From sequence record PZ386967.1: 64,000 bases of DNA; one strand, given 5' to 3'. The notes below the pieces were generated by a model that saw only the letters and a list, made by a program, of their open reading frames with translations, was not told where the DNA came from and searched no databases. The translations under genes and the position numbers were made by a program. Position 1 is the first letter of the stretch. Each line of letters starts with the position of its first letter. Below are positions 18,573 through 28,834 of this stretch, in pieces. The DNA is from a phage.

Positions 18573-19181
18573 ATGTCACTGAAAAACTTACTGAAACGCA
18601 TCTTCACCACTGTTGAAGCTAACGTCACCGCAGGTCTGGATAAACTGACCGACACCGAAAAGCGCCTGAACCTGGCTGCTCGCAAGCTGTCTGACGAAAT
18701 CCGTCGCCTGGAGGAAGCCCGTGTCACCAACGTCCGCAACGGCGTCAAGCTGAAGAAGACCGCAGAACAGAACCTAAGTGAAGCCGCCAAGCGCGAAGAA
18801 GTTCTGAAGGACGCCATCGCTCGTGGTGTCACACCAACCCGCGCCGACGCCCTGATTATTCTGCATCGCCGCCGTATCGGTGAAGCCCTGTTGGCTCAGG
18901 TGAAGGACATCGAAGCAAGCAGCGACAAACTGAACGGTGCGATCATCCAGCTGGGTGACAAACTGGACGAAGTCAAGTCCAATCTCGAGCTGGTTCGTGT
19001 TCAGAAAGAGACGAACGACCTGGGTCTGGTGCTCCCTGAAGATATCGATTATGCCGCTGGTATGACCACCATCGATATCGATGCCATCCTGCGCGAAACC
19101 GAAATCGCTGATTCGAGCTACTCCGCCAACAGCCCGTCGTCTATCGAAGCCGACAACTACCTCGCCAGCCTGAGCAAATAA
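18573..19181 (+). CDS. PspA/IM30-like coiled-coil protein (putative)
   Basis: N-terminal RIFTTVEANVTAGLDKLTDTEKRLNLAARKLSDEI resembles remembered PspA N-terminus ([23 protein letters not shown]...); about 200 aa, heptad-rich. Confidence 0.35.
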   Translation: MSLKNLLKRIFTTVEANVTAGLDKLTDTEKRLNLAARKLSDEIRRLEEARVTNVRNGVKLKKTAEQNLSEAAKREEVLKDAIARGVTPTRADALIILHRRRIGEALLAQVKDIEASSDKLNGAIIQLGDKLDEVKSNLELVRVQKETNDLGLVLPEDIDYAAGMTTIDIDAILRETEIADSSYSANSPSSIEADNYLASLSK

Positions 19182-19195
19182 CATCAGAGGGGCTT

Positions 19196-19756
19196 ATGCC
19201 CCTCTATCACTTCGGGGATCTTATGAACATTATTGATTCTTTCAACATACTCACTGGTGCTACTGCTTTCGTTCTTTTGTGTATTGGCAGTGCCTGGCTG
19301 AGAGGTCGACTGAAGAAACGGGAAGTCTTGAAGCGAGACCGTATTGACATCCACAAAATAATGCTGGATAGAACTTGCAAACATGGCCCCAGCGGTGACT
19401 TCCGTTTGTATTATTTGTCGGATGAAGTCACCCCTTCGGAATTCTTCAATTATGCGATGGCTGGGTTGCGATGGCCGGAGATAAACGGCGTTGTTCAGAA
19501 AACTGATTACGTGTACGTGAATATGGCTTCCCTGAACAAGCACGGGGAACGCGACGATCTGCGGATGTGGTTCTTTGGAGGAGAGGAACAAGAAGAGTTT
19601 GTAAAAGAACTTGCTCTCTTGCTTAACACGTACGAAAAGGCTGGTTGCCCACCACTCGAGGTGGAAGAATCAGTAGAATCTATCGTGGCTCGCGCTCGTG
19701 GTGAAACCGTGGATCTACTGAACAAATACGGCTTTGTCTGGGCGGAGGGTTCATGA
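19196..19756 (+). CDS. membrane-anchored protein (hypothetical)
   Basis: N-terminal TM helix (LTGATAFVLLCIGSAWL); follows the PspA-like gene. Confidence 0.4.
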   Translation: MPLYHFGDLMNIIDSFNILTGATAFVLLCIGSAWLRGRLKKREVLKRDRIDIHKIMLDRTCKHGPSGDFRLYYLSDEVTPSEFFNYAMAGLRWPEINGVVQKTDYVYVNMASLNKHGERDDLRMWFFGGEEQEEFVKELALLLNTYEKAGCPPLEVEESVESIVARARGETVDLLNKYGFVWAEGS

Positions 19757-19810
19757 TGGATACAGAAGTCATTATCAGCCAAGCAAGATCCCACACCCGC
19801 CAATAATCTA

Positions 19811-19832
19811 TTGAAGTCCCCAGGGTTATAAT
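19811..19832 (+). promoter_or_regulatory. TTGAAG-box / TATAAT promoter inside an 11-bp hairpin that also overlaps the ligase RBS
   Basis: CCAGGGTTATA...TATAACCCTGG stem (19820-19852); TATAAT at 19827-19832; GGAG of the SD lies in the 3' stem. Confidence 0.4.
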
Positions 19833-19861
19833 AGCAGCACATATAACCCTGGAGACACCGC

Positions 19862-21292
19862 ATGATCCCTATCCTTGAAACAGTCCGCCGACTTCGCGAA
19901 ACCAAAGGCAGCAATGCGAAGAAAGCCGTGCTGACCGAAGCATTCAAGAACAACCCAGACTTGGCAGACTTCCTGCAGTATGTCTATGACCCAATGACGT
20001 CGTTCTATCGGACTGAGTTGAAGCTCAGCGCGTACCCTCGCATGCTCGTCCGTGAGAAGACTGATGACATTAGCGAAGTCTATGGCGTCCTCGACCAGAT
20101 GGCGCAGCGCCTTGTCGGTGGCCAAAAGGCTGATGCCCTGTTGGCCTCTGTCGCCCTGAAGATGGATCCCCAATACCACGAACTCATTCAGATGATCCTA
20201 GACCGTGATATCAAGGCGGGTATCGCTGAGAAGGGCATCAATGCAGCGTTCAAAGCAGCGGGTGGCACAGGCCGACTGATCAACATCCTTCCGTATCATC
20301 GTTATGACAACATGACGATTGACCTGCTGAAGAAGATGGACTTCAAGCGTGGTGTCTACAGCCAGCTGAAGTCAGACGGTATGTTCGCCAACATCATATG
20401 TCGGTACAATAAAGAGCCTGAGATTCGCTCTCGATCCGGTTCCCTTATCGCAGGCGGTTCGGTTGACAACCTGTCACTGGTGTTCAAGGACATCATCTAC
20501 GATGCGGGGATTGGTGAGAGTGTGTTCCATGGTGAACTTCTCGTTGTTGACCTCAAGTCGAATACCATCCTGCCTCGTGCTGTCGGTAACGGTAAACTCA
20601 ACAGCGTGATTCAGACAGGAGAACCCCTAGAAGATCGTTATCGGGTGATCTACCGGGTGTGGGATGTTATCCCGTACGACAACTGGTTCAACGCCCAGCG
20701 CGTGGACACCCCGTATGAAACCCGCTTCGACATGATCATGCAAATGTTTTGTGAAGACGACGGTCTGGTTCAGGTTCAAGAAACCCGTGTTGTTCACTCA
20801 TTTGCCGAAGCCGTCGACCACTTCAAAGACGCGCTGGCTCGCAAAGAAGAAGGCACGATATGTAAGGCCGCAGACATGCCGTGGGAAGATGGTACTTCTT
20901 CTGAAGGTCTGAAGCTGAAGATGGAGGTTGAGTGTGACCTTGAAATCGTGGGCTTCAACGAGGCTGACAAGAAGGGTAAACACGCCAAGACTTTTGGCTC
21001 ACTGATTTGTAAAACTTCCGATGGCCTGCTTGTTGTTGGCGTATCAGGGATCTCAGATGAGCTGAGACGCCATATGTGGGAGAACCAGGGCGATTACATT
21101 GGCAAGATCGCCGCAGTGCTCTCCAATGGCGTACAGGACAAGACAGACGATGCGATGAAGTCTTTGTTCCTACCTCGCCTTGTAGAAGTCCGCATTGACA
21201 AGAAAGTGGCCAACACACTGGATGAAGTCTATGCGATACAGAAAGCGTACATCGAAAACATCGCATTCCTGTTGGAGAAGGGTAATGGGTGA
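19862..21292 (+). CDS. 30: ATP-dependent DNA ligase (T4 gp30-like)
   Basis: Adenylation motif I KxDG (SQLKSDGMF), 476 aa. Confidence 0.8.
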   Translation: MIPILETVRRLRETKGSNAKKAVLTEAFKNNPDLADFLQYVYDPMTSFYRTELKLSAYPRMLVREKTDDISEVYGVLDQMAQRLVGGQKADALLASVALKMDPQYHELIQMILDRDIKAGIAEKGINAAFKAAGGTGRLINILPYHRYDNMTIDLLKKMDFKRGVYSQLKSDGMFANIICRYNKEPEIRSRSGSLIAGGSVDNLSLVFKDIIYDAGIGESVFHGELLVVDLKSNTILPRAVGNGKLNSVIQTGEPLEDRYRVIYRVWDVIPYDNWFNAQRVDTPYETRFDMIMQMFCEDDGLVQVQETRVVHSFAEAVDHFKDALARKEEGTICKAADMPWEDGTSSEGLKLKMEVECDLEIVGFNEADKKGKHAKTFGSLICKTSDGLLVVGVSGISDELRRHMWENQGDYIGKIAAVLSNGVQDKTDDAMKSLFLPRLVEVRIDKKVANTLDEVYAIQKAYIENIAFLLEKGNG

Positions 21293-21296
21293 GTAT

Positions 21297-21518
21297 ATGA
21301 GTTTCTGGTGGGCGAAGTTCTTGGTTGAACTTCAGATATCCGGCATCGTCTTCTTGATCGCCTTGATCCCAGTTGCCCGTTCGGCGTTCAAGCAATGGCG
21401 CTGCAAACACAGCACCTATCGTGAGAACCATGCTTGCCATGCTATCTGCACCCATTGTGGGAAGGATCTTGGGTTTGTGGGCACTGTCCGCAAGATGAAG
21501 AATCACAAAGAGGTGTGA
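21297..21518 (+). CDS. small membrane / Cys-His protein (hypothetical)
   Basis: ORF track 21195..21518; likely start just after the ligase stop; hydrophobic helix then CKHSTYRENHACHAICTHCG. Confidence 0.3.
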   Translation: MSFWWAKFLVELQISGIVFLIALIPVARSAFKQWRCKHSTYRENHACHAICTHCGKDLGFVGTVRKMKNHKEV

Positions 21519-21522
21519 TCTG

Positions 21523-21780
21523 ATGGACGAGCTATTCGCATTGGTGATTGCATTAACGTTCTTACTGTCCTTGATTATCAGCTCGCTTGTGTTGTTGCTG
21601 GTGTGGATAGCTATTCCCGAGATCAATAACCACAAGGCGCTCGTTGTCGTGATTATCCTAGGTCTGAGTGCTTCCCTTACTCTTCACTATTCCAAACAGG
21701 AGTATAATCCTAACAAATATTACAAGACATTAGCGGACAAGTATCATGAGTTTAAGAATGAAAGAGCTTCCGGTAAATGA
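21523..21780 (+). CDS. small membrane protein (hypothetical)
   Basis: Two hydrophobic helices in 85 aa. Confidence 0.35.
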   Translation: MDELFALVIALTFLLSLIISSLVLLLVWIAIPEINNHKALVVVIILGLSASLTLHYSKQEYNPNKYYKTLADKYHEFKNERASGK

Positions 21781-22000
21781 CAAGAAGTACATGTACAAGG
21801 TTCTGCTGAGCCTCGGGGTGTCACAATCTGGGCTGGCTCGTTTATTGGATTGTTCTAATGTTGTGAACTACTGGGCGAAGGGATATCGTGTTGTCCCCCG
21901 CTCCTTCCGTCGCTTCATCCTGGTGTTACAGTTCATCAAGAAGAAAGGGCTGATGGAAGAGTTATTGCAATTTATTAAAGAAGAGGAACGCAAATGCTAA
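21746..22000 (+). CDS. HTH (XRE/Cro-like) DNA-binding protein
   Basis: LGVSQSGLARLLDCSNVVNYWAKG helix-turn-helix pattern. Confidence 0.45.
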   Translation: MSLRMKELPVNDKKYMYKVLLSLGVSQSGLARLLDCSNVVNYWAKGYRVVPRSFRRFILVLQFIKKKGLMEELLQFIKEEERKC

Positions 22001-22653
22001 CAGAGTGGCAGAAGATGGAGTTCGAGCGGGCGTTCAACGTTTACTGTGTCTTCATGGCGATCAAGCTGCACTTCACCACTAAGGACTTCGATTACAGCTT
22101 GTATGGGCCGATGAATTACAAGTTCGAGACGTTCTTGGCGAAGGAGGCCGTGTGCAAACAGTTTGCTCGCCTTGCCCGTCGGTTCGAGTCATCACAGGGT
22201 GAAGTGGTAGAGAACTACATCATTGCCAACTTCATCAAATCACCCAAGACCTGGGTGACGACATTGCTTACACGCCAGGCTCAGGCCAATTATGATGAAT
22301 ACCGTAAGCTGTACGAGAACTTCACATATAACTTCCTTGAGGAGTTCGAGCGGGAGATGATCCCTGCCATAAGGGAGCGCAACTGCACCTTCATTGAGTA
22401 CATCAAGGGGACGGGTACAGGCCATCCACCGTTGCTGACAGACATCATCATCAAGAAGTTCCCGATTTGGTTCCTTGTCGGTCTGAACAAGATCGTTGGT
22501 TTCATTCATCTATACGATACGATTCTGCGTGATGACATCTATTGGAACTCGGAGGCGTTCTTGCTCAGGAAGACGAATGCTGTGGTTCCGGATGAGGATA
22601 CCACATATTCAAAACAGAGACTCCGTGAGCTAATACAAGCCCACGGAATTTGA
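21994..22653 (+). CDS. hypothetical protein
   Basis: 219-aa ORF, convergent with the structural block. Confidence 0.45.
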   Translation: MLTEWQKMEFERAFNVYCVFMAIKLHFTTKDFDYSLYGPMNYKFETFLAKEAVCKQFARLARRFESSQGEVVENYIIANFIKSPKTWVTTLLTRQAQANYDEYRKLYENFTYNFLEEFEREMIPAIRERNCTFIEYIKGTGTGHPPLLTDIIIKKFPIWFLVGLNKIVGFIHLYDTILRDDIYWNSEAFLLRKTNAVVPDEDTTYSKQRLRELIQAHGI

Positions 22654-24600
22654 TTACCATTCCCACAGGATGCGGGAATTATCTGTTTTGTTCTCAGGCT
22701 CAAGATATGAGCTGTTGAAGTTATTGGTCGTGTTGATCCTCTTAGAAGCATCCACATTCTGCTGTACTGGCATCACGACGCTGGCTGGAGGCGGTGAATA
22801 GCCGCCTTGTACTTGCTCAATATTAGACAGCGCCCTCCCTTGTGTTGGCATGGCCCCGCCCAGAGTACCACCCCCGATAGAACCATACGCAGCTTTCAGC
22901 TGAGAGGTGCGGTCATTAGTCATATTCTTGTCATCCGAAGACGCACCAGAAGGTATTGGAGTCAGCGTTTGTGGATCGATGTTCGGTTGTGCTGGCTTCT
23001 GTGGCTGCTGGGTCTCTGTCACATTAGGAGACGGATTCTCATCAGTGTCAATCAGCATAGACTGGCGAGCCTCATCCATCTTCTGCTTCGCAGCCTGTCC
23101 ACCCAGAGCGTCAGGGATGATGCTGACGAACTTGTCAACGATATCGAACATCGCATTGGTGATTGTGTTCAGCATGTTGAAGAAAGGTTTCTTCACATTT
23201 TCGGCAAATCCCTTCTTGATATCGTCAATGACCTTGTTGGCCACACCCATGCCCTCGTCGATCACACTACTGATACCCCCTGTGATCCAGTCTACCAGCT
23301 TTATCAACTCGGACTGTAGGTTGTCTGCTAACTTGCCAGGGATATCCGTAAGAGACGTGTCTCTCCCGATCCCTGCAAACAAGTCGTTGCTAATCCAGTC
23401 GATAATACCATTCAGCCAACGAGCGGGAGCCTCAGTGATCATGAGGGTGTATTTGCGCAGGGTTTCACCCGCCTCGGTATCAAAGCCAAAGATCTTGGAC
23501 ACCCAGTCAAATAGATCACCAAATCCACCAACCAGTTCTGATATCCCCGCCCGTACTCGGTCAACTATCGTGACAGCACCTTTACCCAGGATCTCCTTCG
23601 CATCAATGAAGCCTTTACCGAAGTCCCAGATCATAGACAGGAGAGCCAGTGGGCCGACTTTCAGGAACTTAAACACCTTCCCAAATGGACCCAGAAGTTT
23701 GGTGATACCTTCTCCCAGCTTGGAGAACATGCCGAGGAAAGTCCCGACAACACCACCGATGATCTTGAACGGCTTGAGCAAGAAGCCCTTCAGTGCATTC
23801 AGGCCAAGCATGGCCGCCACCGCCGCCCCGATACCGGAGGAATCGTCTTTCTGGTCATCGTCTTTGGGTATAACAGAACCCGCCTGAGGATGACCACCCG
23901 TTTCTTTGTCGGTTTCCCCACGGCGCATCTCGTCCTTCTCACGCCACTTCTGGTCTTCATCAAAGATGCGTGTCAACACTCCAACGATATGACCACCCGT
24001 GCGCCCAATCTTGTTTTCAATGCTAGACAAGCGAGTAAGGGTGTCATCGGAGTTCTTTTTCAGTTCAGCAACATCGTCACGAACCTCGATCATCACTCCG
24101 TCGATCATGTTCAAGAATGATCCCACGCGGACCAGAGACACACTCTGCTCGTCCATGCGCTTGAGGGTGTCATCATTGGCAGACTTCAGCTGGTCTGAGA
24201 TCAGGTTAAGATACTCCAGGGACGTGTCATCTGTTGGCATGCGGGTGATCTCACCGAGGCGGTCAATCTTGCCTGCGATATTCTCCAGTTCCCGATTGCC
24301 TTCGTTACCCACATCGACAGTATCCTTCATCCATACGCTGAAGTCGCGGGTGAAGATCGGAGACATGCGAGCGAATCCCATGACGATCTCATTGACTGTC
24401 GGGATACGGATTTCAAATGGCTTGGACTCGGCCTTGGTGCCCTGTTTAGTGGCAGATTCCAGCTTGGCCAGATTCTTGTTCATCCGGTCAAGCTGTCTGT
24501 TGGTTTCATTCTGAGCGCGGAGTTGTTTGCGCTGCATCATCTCCGCCTTGATCTTGTCTAGAACTTTGACAACATCATTGTTCGTTGCTTCCTGTGCCAT
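22654..24600 (-). CDS. tail tape-measure-like protein (gp29-like, putative)
   Basis: 648 aa; N-terminal coiled coils, central Gly/hydrophobic-rich segment (GIGAAVAAMLGLNALKGFLLKPFKIIGGVVGTFLG). Confidence 0.45.
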   Translation of the reverse strand: MAQEATNNDVVKVLDKIKAEMMQRKQLRAQNETNRQLDRMNKNLAKLESATKQGTKAESKPFEIRIPTVNEIVMGFARMSPIFTRDFSVWMKDTVDVGNEGNRELENIAGKIDRLGEITRMPTDDTSLEYLNLISDQLKSANDDTLKRMDEQSVSLVRVGSFLNMIDGVMIEVRDDVAELKKNSDDTLTRLSSIENKIGRTGGHIVGVLTRIFDEDQKWREKDEMRRGETDKETGGHPQAGSVIPKDDDQKDDSSGIGAAVAAMLGLNALKGFLLKPFKIIGGVVGTFLGMFSKLGEGITKLLGPFGKVFKFLKVGPLALLSMIWDFGKGFIDAKEILGKGAVTIVDRVRAGISELVGGFGDLFDWVSKIFGFDTEAGETLRKYTLMITEAPARWLNGIIDWISNDLFAGIGRDTSLTDIPGKLADNLQSELIKLVDWITGGISSVIDEGMGVANKVIDDIKKGFAENVKKPFFNMLNTITNAMFDIVDKFVSIIPDALGGQAAKQKMDEARQSMLIDTDENPSPNVTETQQPQKPAQPNIDPQTLTPIPSGASSDDKNMTNDRTSQLKAAYGSIGGGTLGGAMPTQGRALSNIEQVQGGYSPPPASVVMPVQQNVDASKRINTTNNFNSSYLEPENKTDNSRILWEW

Positions 24601-24611
24601 GGGTCACCTCG

Positions 24612-26000
24612 TTAAACCTTCTGTGCTTGGCCTTTCTCAATCGCCTGAGGAGTAGTGGTGGAAGCAGTTGTCTGATTGGTCTGAGGTGGAAGCACCTGCT
24701 CCAGCAAACTGTCCTTGGCAATCTCAGCGATGCACTGATAATCTTTGGTCAGGCGGGAAATTTTGTGACGCACTTTGGTCACGATATAGTGGCCTGTCGA
24801 TAGCTTACTTAACTCTGCCAGGTTTTCGTTCTTCTTAGGACGGTTGGACTGGTCTTCGACGTAGAACACCTGACCGACGTTCAGGCGGTTATCACCAACG
24901 AGCAACACGCGCATCACAGTGCTGGCAAGACTGAAGTTGATAACACGACGAGCATAATCAATCTGCTCCGCTCCATCCGGCTGGGCTTCAATGTAACGGA
25001 CGTTCTGACGATTGAATTCATCTGAGAACATCGGGAACGGATCAAGGTGAGCCGTCTCTGCAAACCACTCAGTATAGATGCGCTGTGTTGGGGTGACTGT
25101 CTTGGTCTCAAAGTCGTAGACGCGCTCGTTCACCGCCAGGACATCGCGGTAGTTTGCCATAAATTGGTCACGCGTCAGCTTCTTCTCTGCCTTGATGATC
25201 GTGCGCATAAAGCGCTCAGAGTTGAAGTTGTTATCCTGCATGAGCGGTGCGTCCTGAGGATCACGGAATAACTTGTTCTGCTGAGCCAGTTCCTGCTTCT
25301 CTTCTGCCGTCAATGACTGGCTGCCCTGGTTGAACAACGTCGTCAGGCTCTTGAAGTGATAGCCATTGAAGTCTTCATAGAAAACGAATGGCATGAACAA
25401 TTCGTCATAAGAACGGCTCGCCATATAATCAATAGATCGCAGCACAGGCCAGAGCGGGGTGGCGAACCGCTCTTGAATTCCATACGACGGGTCGATGTCT
25501 TCGAACTTGGTGCGCGACTCCAACTGATTGAAGATTGCCTTCGCCATGTCAGAATACGAACCGTCGAGACCGAGGGAGCATCGGATCATGCTGTCCTTAT
25601 AGGCATCGGTGGTCACCATGTGCAACCAGAATGCTTTCTTGGACGAGCTGTTGGACTCATCAGCTACGCGCCCAACACGCGCTACGCGCAGGGAGAGAGT
25701 GGTGTATTCCGAGGCCGCCGGACTCTTGAATGACACCACAACTTCTTCACCACCCAAGATAGGCATTGTGTCAAGAATGTCCCACCCTTCTTTTATCAAG
25801 ACATTGGCTGTAAGTGATGGAGATGACTTCCCTTCAAGACCCAGATCCTGGAATACGTTGAACTCCTCAAACAACGCCGTCAGGTCATATGGCGTTGGTG
25901 ATCCGCCCTGGGGTGTATGAGGGAGTATCGCCATATACTTCAGGTCAAATGTTGTTGACGGTGTTACAATACCGTCTTGGGTCTCTCTGTTTTCGATCAT
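24612..26000 (-). CDS. putative baseplate/tail structural protein
   Basis: 462-aa ORF within a co-oriented block with tape-measure-like and tail-tube-family genes. Confidence 0.4.
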   Translation of the reverse strand: MIENRETQDGIVTPSTTFDLKYMAILPHTPQGGSPTPYDLTALFEEFNVFQDLGLEGKSSPSLTANVLIKEGWDILDTMPILGGEEVVVSFKSPAASEYTTLSLRVARVGRVADESNSSSKKAFWLHMVTTDAYKDSMIRCSLGLDGSYSDMAKAIFNQLESRTKFEDIDPSYGIQERFATPLWPVLRSIDYMASRSYDELFMPFVFYEDFNGYHFKSLTTLFNQGSQSLTAEEKQELAQQNKLFRDPQDAPLMQDNNFNSERFMRTIIKAEKKLTRDQFMANYRDVLAVNERVYDFETKTVTPTQRIYTEWFAETAHLDPFPMFSDEFNRQNVRYIEAQPDGAEQIDYARRVINFSLASTVMRVLLVGDNRLNVGQVFYVEDQSNRPKKNENLAELSKLSTGHYIVTKVRHKISRLTKDYQCIAEIAKDSLLEQVLPPQTNQTTASTTTPQAIEKGQAQKV

Positions 26001-26551
26001 TTCGCCAACTCCTGCTCCAGCTGATTGACAAACGAAGACACATAATCTGGGTCGAGTACTTGGATGTTCCGTTTGGCTTCATTCTTACTGATTGCATCAT
26101 CATGGTATGAAACTGCCGTCAGACCATAGTTAGCAATTATGGACGGCTCATCTAGGTCTAGGTTATATGCAAATTTGATAGCACGGGCGTCGGTCACATT
26201 GTTGAACTGGTCGACATAATAGGCTGTATCCCACATACCATCGATGCCGTAATCTGCAGTCAGTTCTTCAACAATACGGCGTTCCGGTTTCGGCCAGTCC
26301 TTATTGATGTCCATGATGCCGTTTATCAGACAAGGTATCCAAAACAACTCGAAGGATCCGTAAACGCGTTCTGCGAAAGACCTTGGGGTTTCCCCATCTT
26401 GGATCGTATACGGCAGGAGAAGTCCTTCGATGTCCTTAATTTTCTGTAAGATCATCACCCGGCGCGTTAAGTTCTGTAACAGCACCTGATCATTCTCTTG
26501 GACATCTTGCAATTGATGCCAAACAAGTGGAAACTTCTCAAAATATTTCAT
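25997..26551 (-). CDS. putative baseplate/tail structural protein
   Basis: 184-aa ORF with 4-nt start/stop overlap to the downstream gene. Confidence 0.35.
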   Translation of the reverse strand: MKYFEKFPLVWHQLQDVQENDQVLLQNLTRRVMILQKIKDIEGLLLPYTIQDGETPRSFAERVYGSFELFWIPCLINGIMDINKDWPKPERRIVEELTADYGIDGMWDTAYYVDQFNNVTDARAIKFAYNLDLDEPSIIANYGLTAVSYHDDAISKNEAKRNIQVLDPDYVSSFVNQLEQELAK

Positions 26552-26562
26552 GGCATCCTCTC

Positions 26563-27531
26563 TTAGAAGCTATCGCCTTCGGTTTCAAAGCGCCCTTTGT
26601 GTAGAGGCTCCAGTTCGATGAAGGTCATGTCAACCTGCGTGGACACGATACCATCATCTTTGTGAACCGCGTATGAACTGTCCGGCGTCTCGTTGACGAA
26701 CATGTTGGAAAGTACACAAGTGGAGATGCGGTGCAGCCACTGGTTACGCTCCCCATTGACCATGAACGTAATGTCGAATGTTGAAGGATGCAAGTAAAAC
26801 GCGCTGGAATTCTTGTTGTACTTGTACTCTGGGTACATATGCATCTTGAACATGCGGATGATCTCACGGACCATCTTGGCTTCCTTCTGAGATCGCGGCG
26901 TGAATTTGAATGTAAATGGAATCTCACGGTTGCGAACACCCTGGAAGATCATCTCCACATATGGGTTGGTCATGGTGCCTGTGAACAACTCAAGGGTGTC
27001 ATGAGCGTTAATGCTCGGCAGGAATGGAATAGCCTCCGACGCAGATTGGATAGCCTTGGTGGCAGCGAATCGCCCCATCTCCTTCCCGACGTTGAGCGCA
27101 TCACCCAGTTTAAACTGAGTCATGTCTTGGGCGGCGCGGGAAAGGAACTGTGCCCCCATACCAGCCAGCCCCAGCTCGCTACCGTTCCAGCCAACACCAT
27201 AGTTGGTTGTAATGGACTCCGGCATACACAGAACAATAGATTCGTTCGAACGAACGTGACGCGCCCATGCATATTTGGTGATGGAACCAGACTTGGACCC
27301 ATAGACCACAGGAGTATTCCCCAGAGGGTTCTGTATTGGGTTCTCGATAGTCTGAGTAGCCGTGTTGCCATAAGATGAACCGGAGATGCGGTTGATGTTG
27401 AATAGGACATAGTGTCCCAAGGTCTTACCCCCAGTAACGTCTAGGGGATAAGACAATTGCTTCTGAGCCTGGGACAATCCCTTCGTGTTCAGAACCTTGA
27501 TCTTATCGATTGTCTTCTTGAAGTCGGCCAT
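26563..27531 (-). CDS. tail tube / baseplate-tail-tube junction family protein (gp48/gp54-like, putative)
   Basis: 322 aa, beta-rich, similar size to T4 gp54; first gene of the minus-strand structural block. Confidence 0.4.
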   Translation of the reverse strand: MADFKKTIDKIKVLNTKGLSQAQKQLSYPLDVTGGKTLGHYVLFNINRISGSSYGNTATQTIENPIQNPLGNTPVVYGSKSGSITKYAWARHVRSNESIVLCMPESITTNYGVGWNGSELGLAGMGAQFLSRAAQDMTQFKLGDALNVGKEMGRFAATKAIQSASEAIPFLPSINAHDTLELFTGTMTNPYVEMIFQGVRNREIPFTFKFTPRSQKEAKMVREIIRMFKMHMYPEYKYNKNSSAFYLHPSTFDITFMVNGERNQWLHRISTCVLSNMFVNETPDSSYAVHKDDGIVSTQVDMTFIELEPLHKGRFETEGDSF

Positions 27532-27581
27532 GGTCTCAGCCCTTAAATAGATAGAGTGTTATGGCTATTTAGGACTAGATT

Positions 27582-28196
27582 ATGAGCAACTATCTTCAGG
27601 GGAAGTACACCCCGGTTAATCCCAAGAAGTATCAGGGGAATGTGAATAACATCATCTTCCGCTCTTCGCTGGAGTTGGTGGCTTTCAAGTTCTGTGATAT
27701 GAACTCCGCGATAGTGAAGTGGTCTAGTGAGGAGACCGTAATCCCTTACATTTCCCCAGTCGACGGGCGCACCCATCGTTACTTCATGGACCTCAAGGTC
27801 TGGACGCGCCGTGAAGGGCAAGAGGAACTACAGGTCACCCTCATTGAGATCAAGCCCAAAGACCAGATCAAGCAGCCGAAGAAGACTCCGAACATGAAGG
27901 AGTCGACATTCAACAATGCGATGCGAACCTGGTTGGTCAATTCTGCCAAGTGGGAGGCCACCCGCGAACTGTGTGCCAAGAAGAACTGGAAGTTCATTAT
28001 CTGGACCGAAGAGCATCTTGTTCCAGGTGAAGATCCGGATGTTCGTAAACAGTTTGAGCTGAAGTCGAAAAAGAAACGGGATATGGAGATGCAAGATCGC
28101 CGACATGCCGAACGTGTCAGGGTGCTGAAGGAACAGATGCGGAAGGAGATTAAACCCGCCCCAACGGAGCGGGATGATGGACTTCTATTACCTTAA
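27582..28196 (+). CDS. hypothetical protein (basic C-terminal tail)
   Basis: 204-aa ORF; Lys/Arg-rich C-terminus. Confidence 0.4.
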   Translation: MSNYLQGKYTPVNPKKYQGNVNNIIFRSSLELVAFKFCDMNSAIVKWSSEETVIPYISPVDGRTHRYFMDLKVWTRREGQEELQVTLIEIKPKDQIKQPKKTPNMKESTFNNAMRTWLVNSAKWEATRELCAKKNWKFIIWTEEHLVPGEDPDVRKQFELKSKKKRDMEMQDRRHAERVRVLKEQMRKEIKPAPTERDDGLLLP

Positions 28197-28201
28197 CTAC
28201 C

Positions 28202-28414
28202 TTAACTTCTTTTGTGGCCAGGGGCGTAGCAGGTATGCCTGTCGCGCCCGATTTGCCAGCCGTCTGCTCGCGCCTGTTTGACACAATCACCCCAAGTCTC
28301 ACCAGTGTATTGTTTGAACCCGCACTTGGGGTGATGCTCTTCCCAAGCCCAACTGCATGCCTTGCAATCTGAGCATTCACAATAAAGATCGATGGTGTAA
28401 CCTGAAATGATCAT
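28202..28414 (-). CDS. small Cys-rich protein (hypothetical)
   Basis: 70 aa with multiple Cys/His. Confidence 0.3.
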   Translation of the reverse strand: MIISGYTIDLYCECSDCKACSWAWEEHHPKCGFKQYTGETWGDCVKQARADGWQIGRDRHTCYAPGHKRS

Positions 28415-28416
28415 AA

Positions 28417-28824
28417 TCAGTCTTCTAGGTGATCGTAGATCTTCTGACGGAACGCATTACCACCAGCACAACCCTTGGCCAGCAGGTGGGTGCCGCCCGT
28501 ACCGATCACGCTGATTGTTGAGAAGCCCAAGATACGGCCTGTGATGGACTGATCAACCTTCACTGTCTCCACCTTACCGATGCGCAACTCATCAGCATCA
28601 CGACGGATGAAACCACGTTTGACGATGACACGCTTATTAGTCACAGCGAATTCAGTTGTCAATACATTTAAAATTGTTGGTATCAGAAATAACAAGCTGA
28701 ATCCAAATGTTGGGATAAACGTTAAAATAACCAGAACGTAAATCCAAAAACCGCTCCACCAGGTCGGGCGGGTGAAGGCAATAACGTGCTCGTCTTTGCC
28801 GAGCATACGATCTACATAACGCAT
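28417..28824 (-). CDS. membrane protein, bacterial PH-like domain (putative)
   Basis: TM segments followed by a soluble beta-rich domain. Confidence 0.35.
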   Translation of the reverse strand: MRYVDRMLGKDEHVIAFTRPTWWSGFWIYVLVILTFIPTFGFSLLFLIPTILNVLTTEFAVTNKRVIVKRGFIRRDADELRIGKVETVKVDQSITGRILGFSTISVIGTGGTHLLAKGCAGGNAFRQKIYDHLED

Positions 28825-28834
28825 GATAAATTCC

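Noticed and set aside
22907-23887. 326-aa plus-strand ORF (and 22807..23319)
   Set aside because: Antisense to the tape-measure-like gene; Ser/Pro-rich shadow frame without SD or promoter context.
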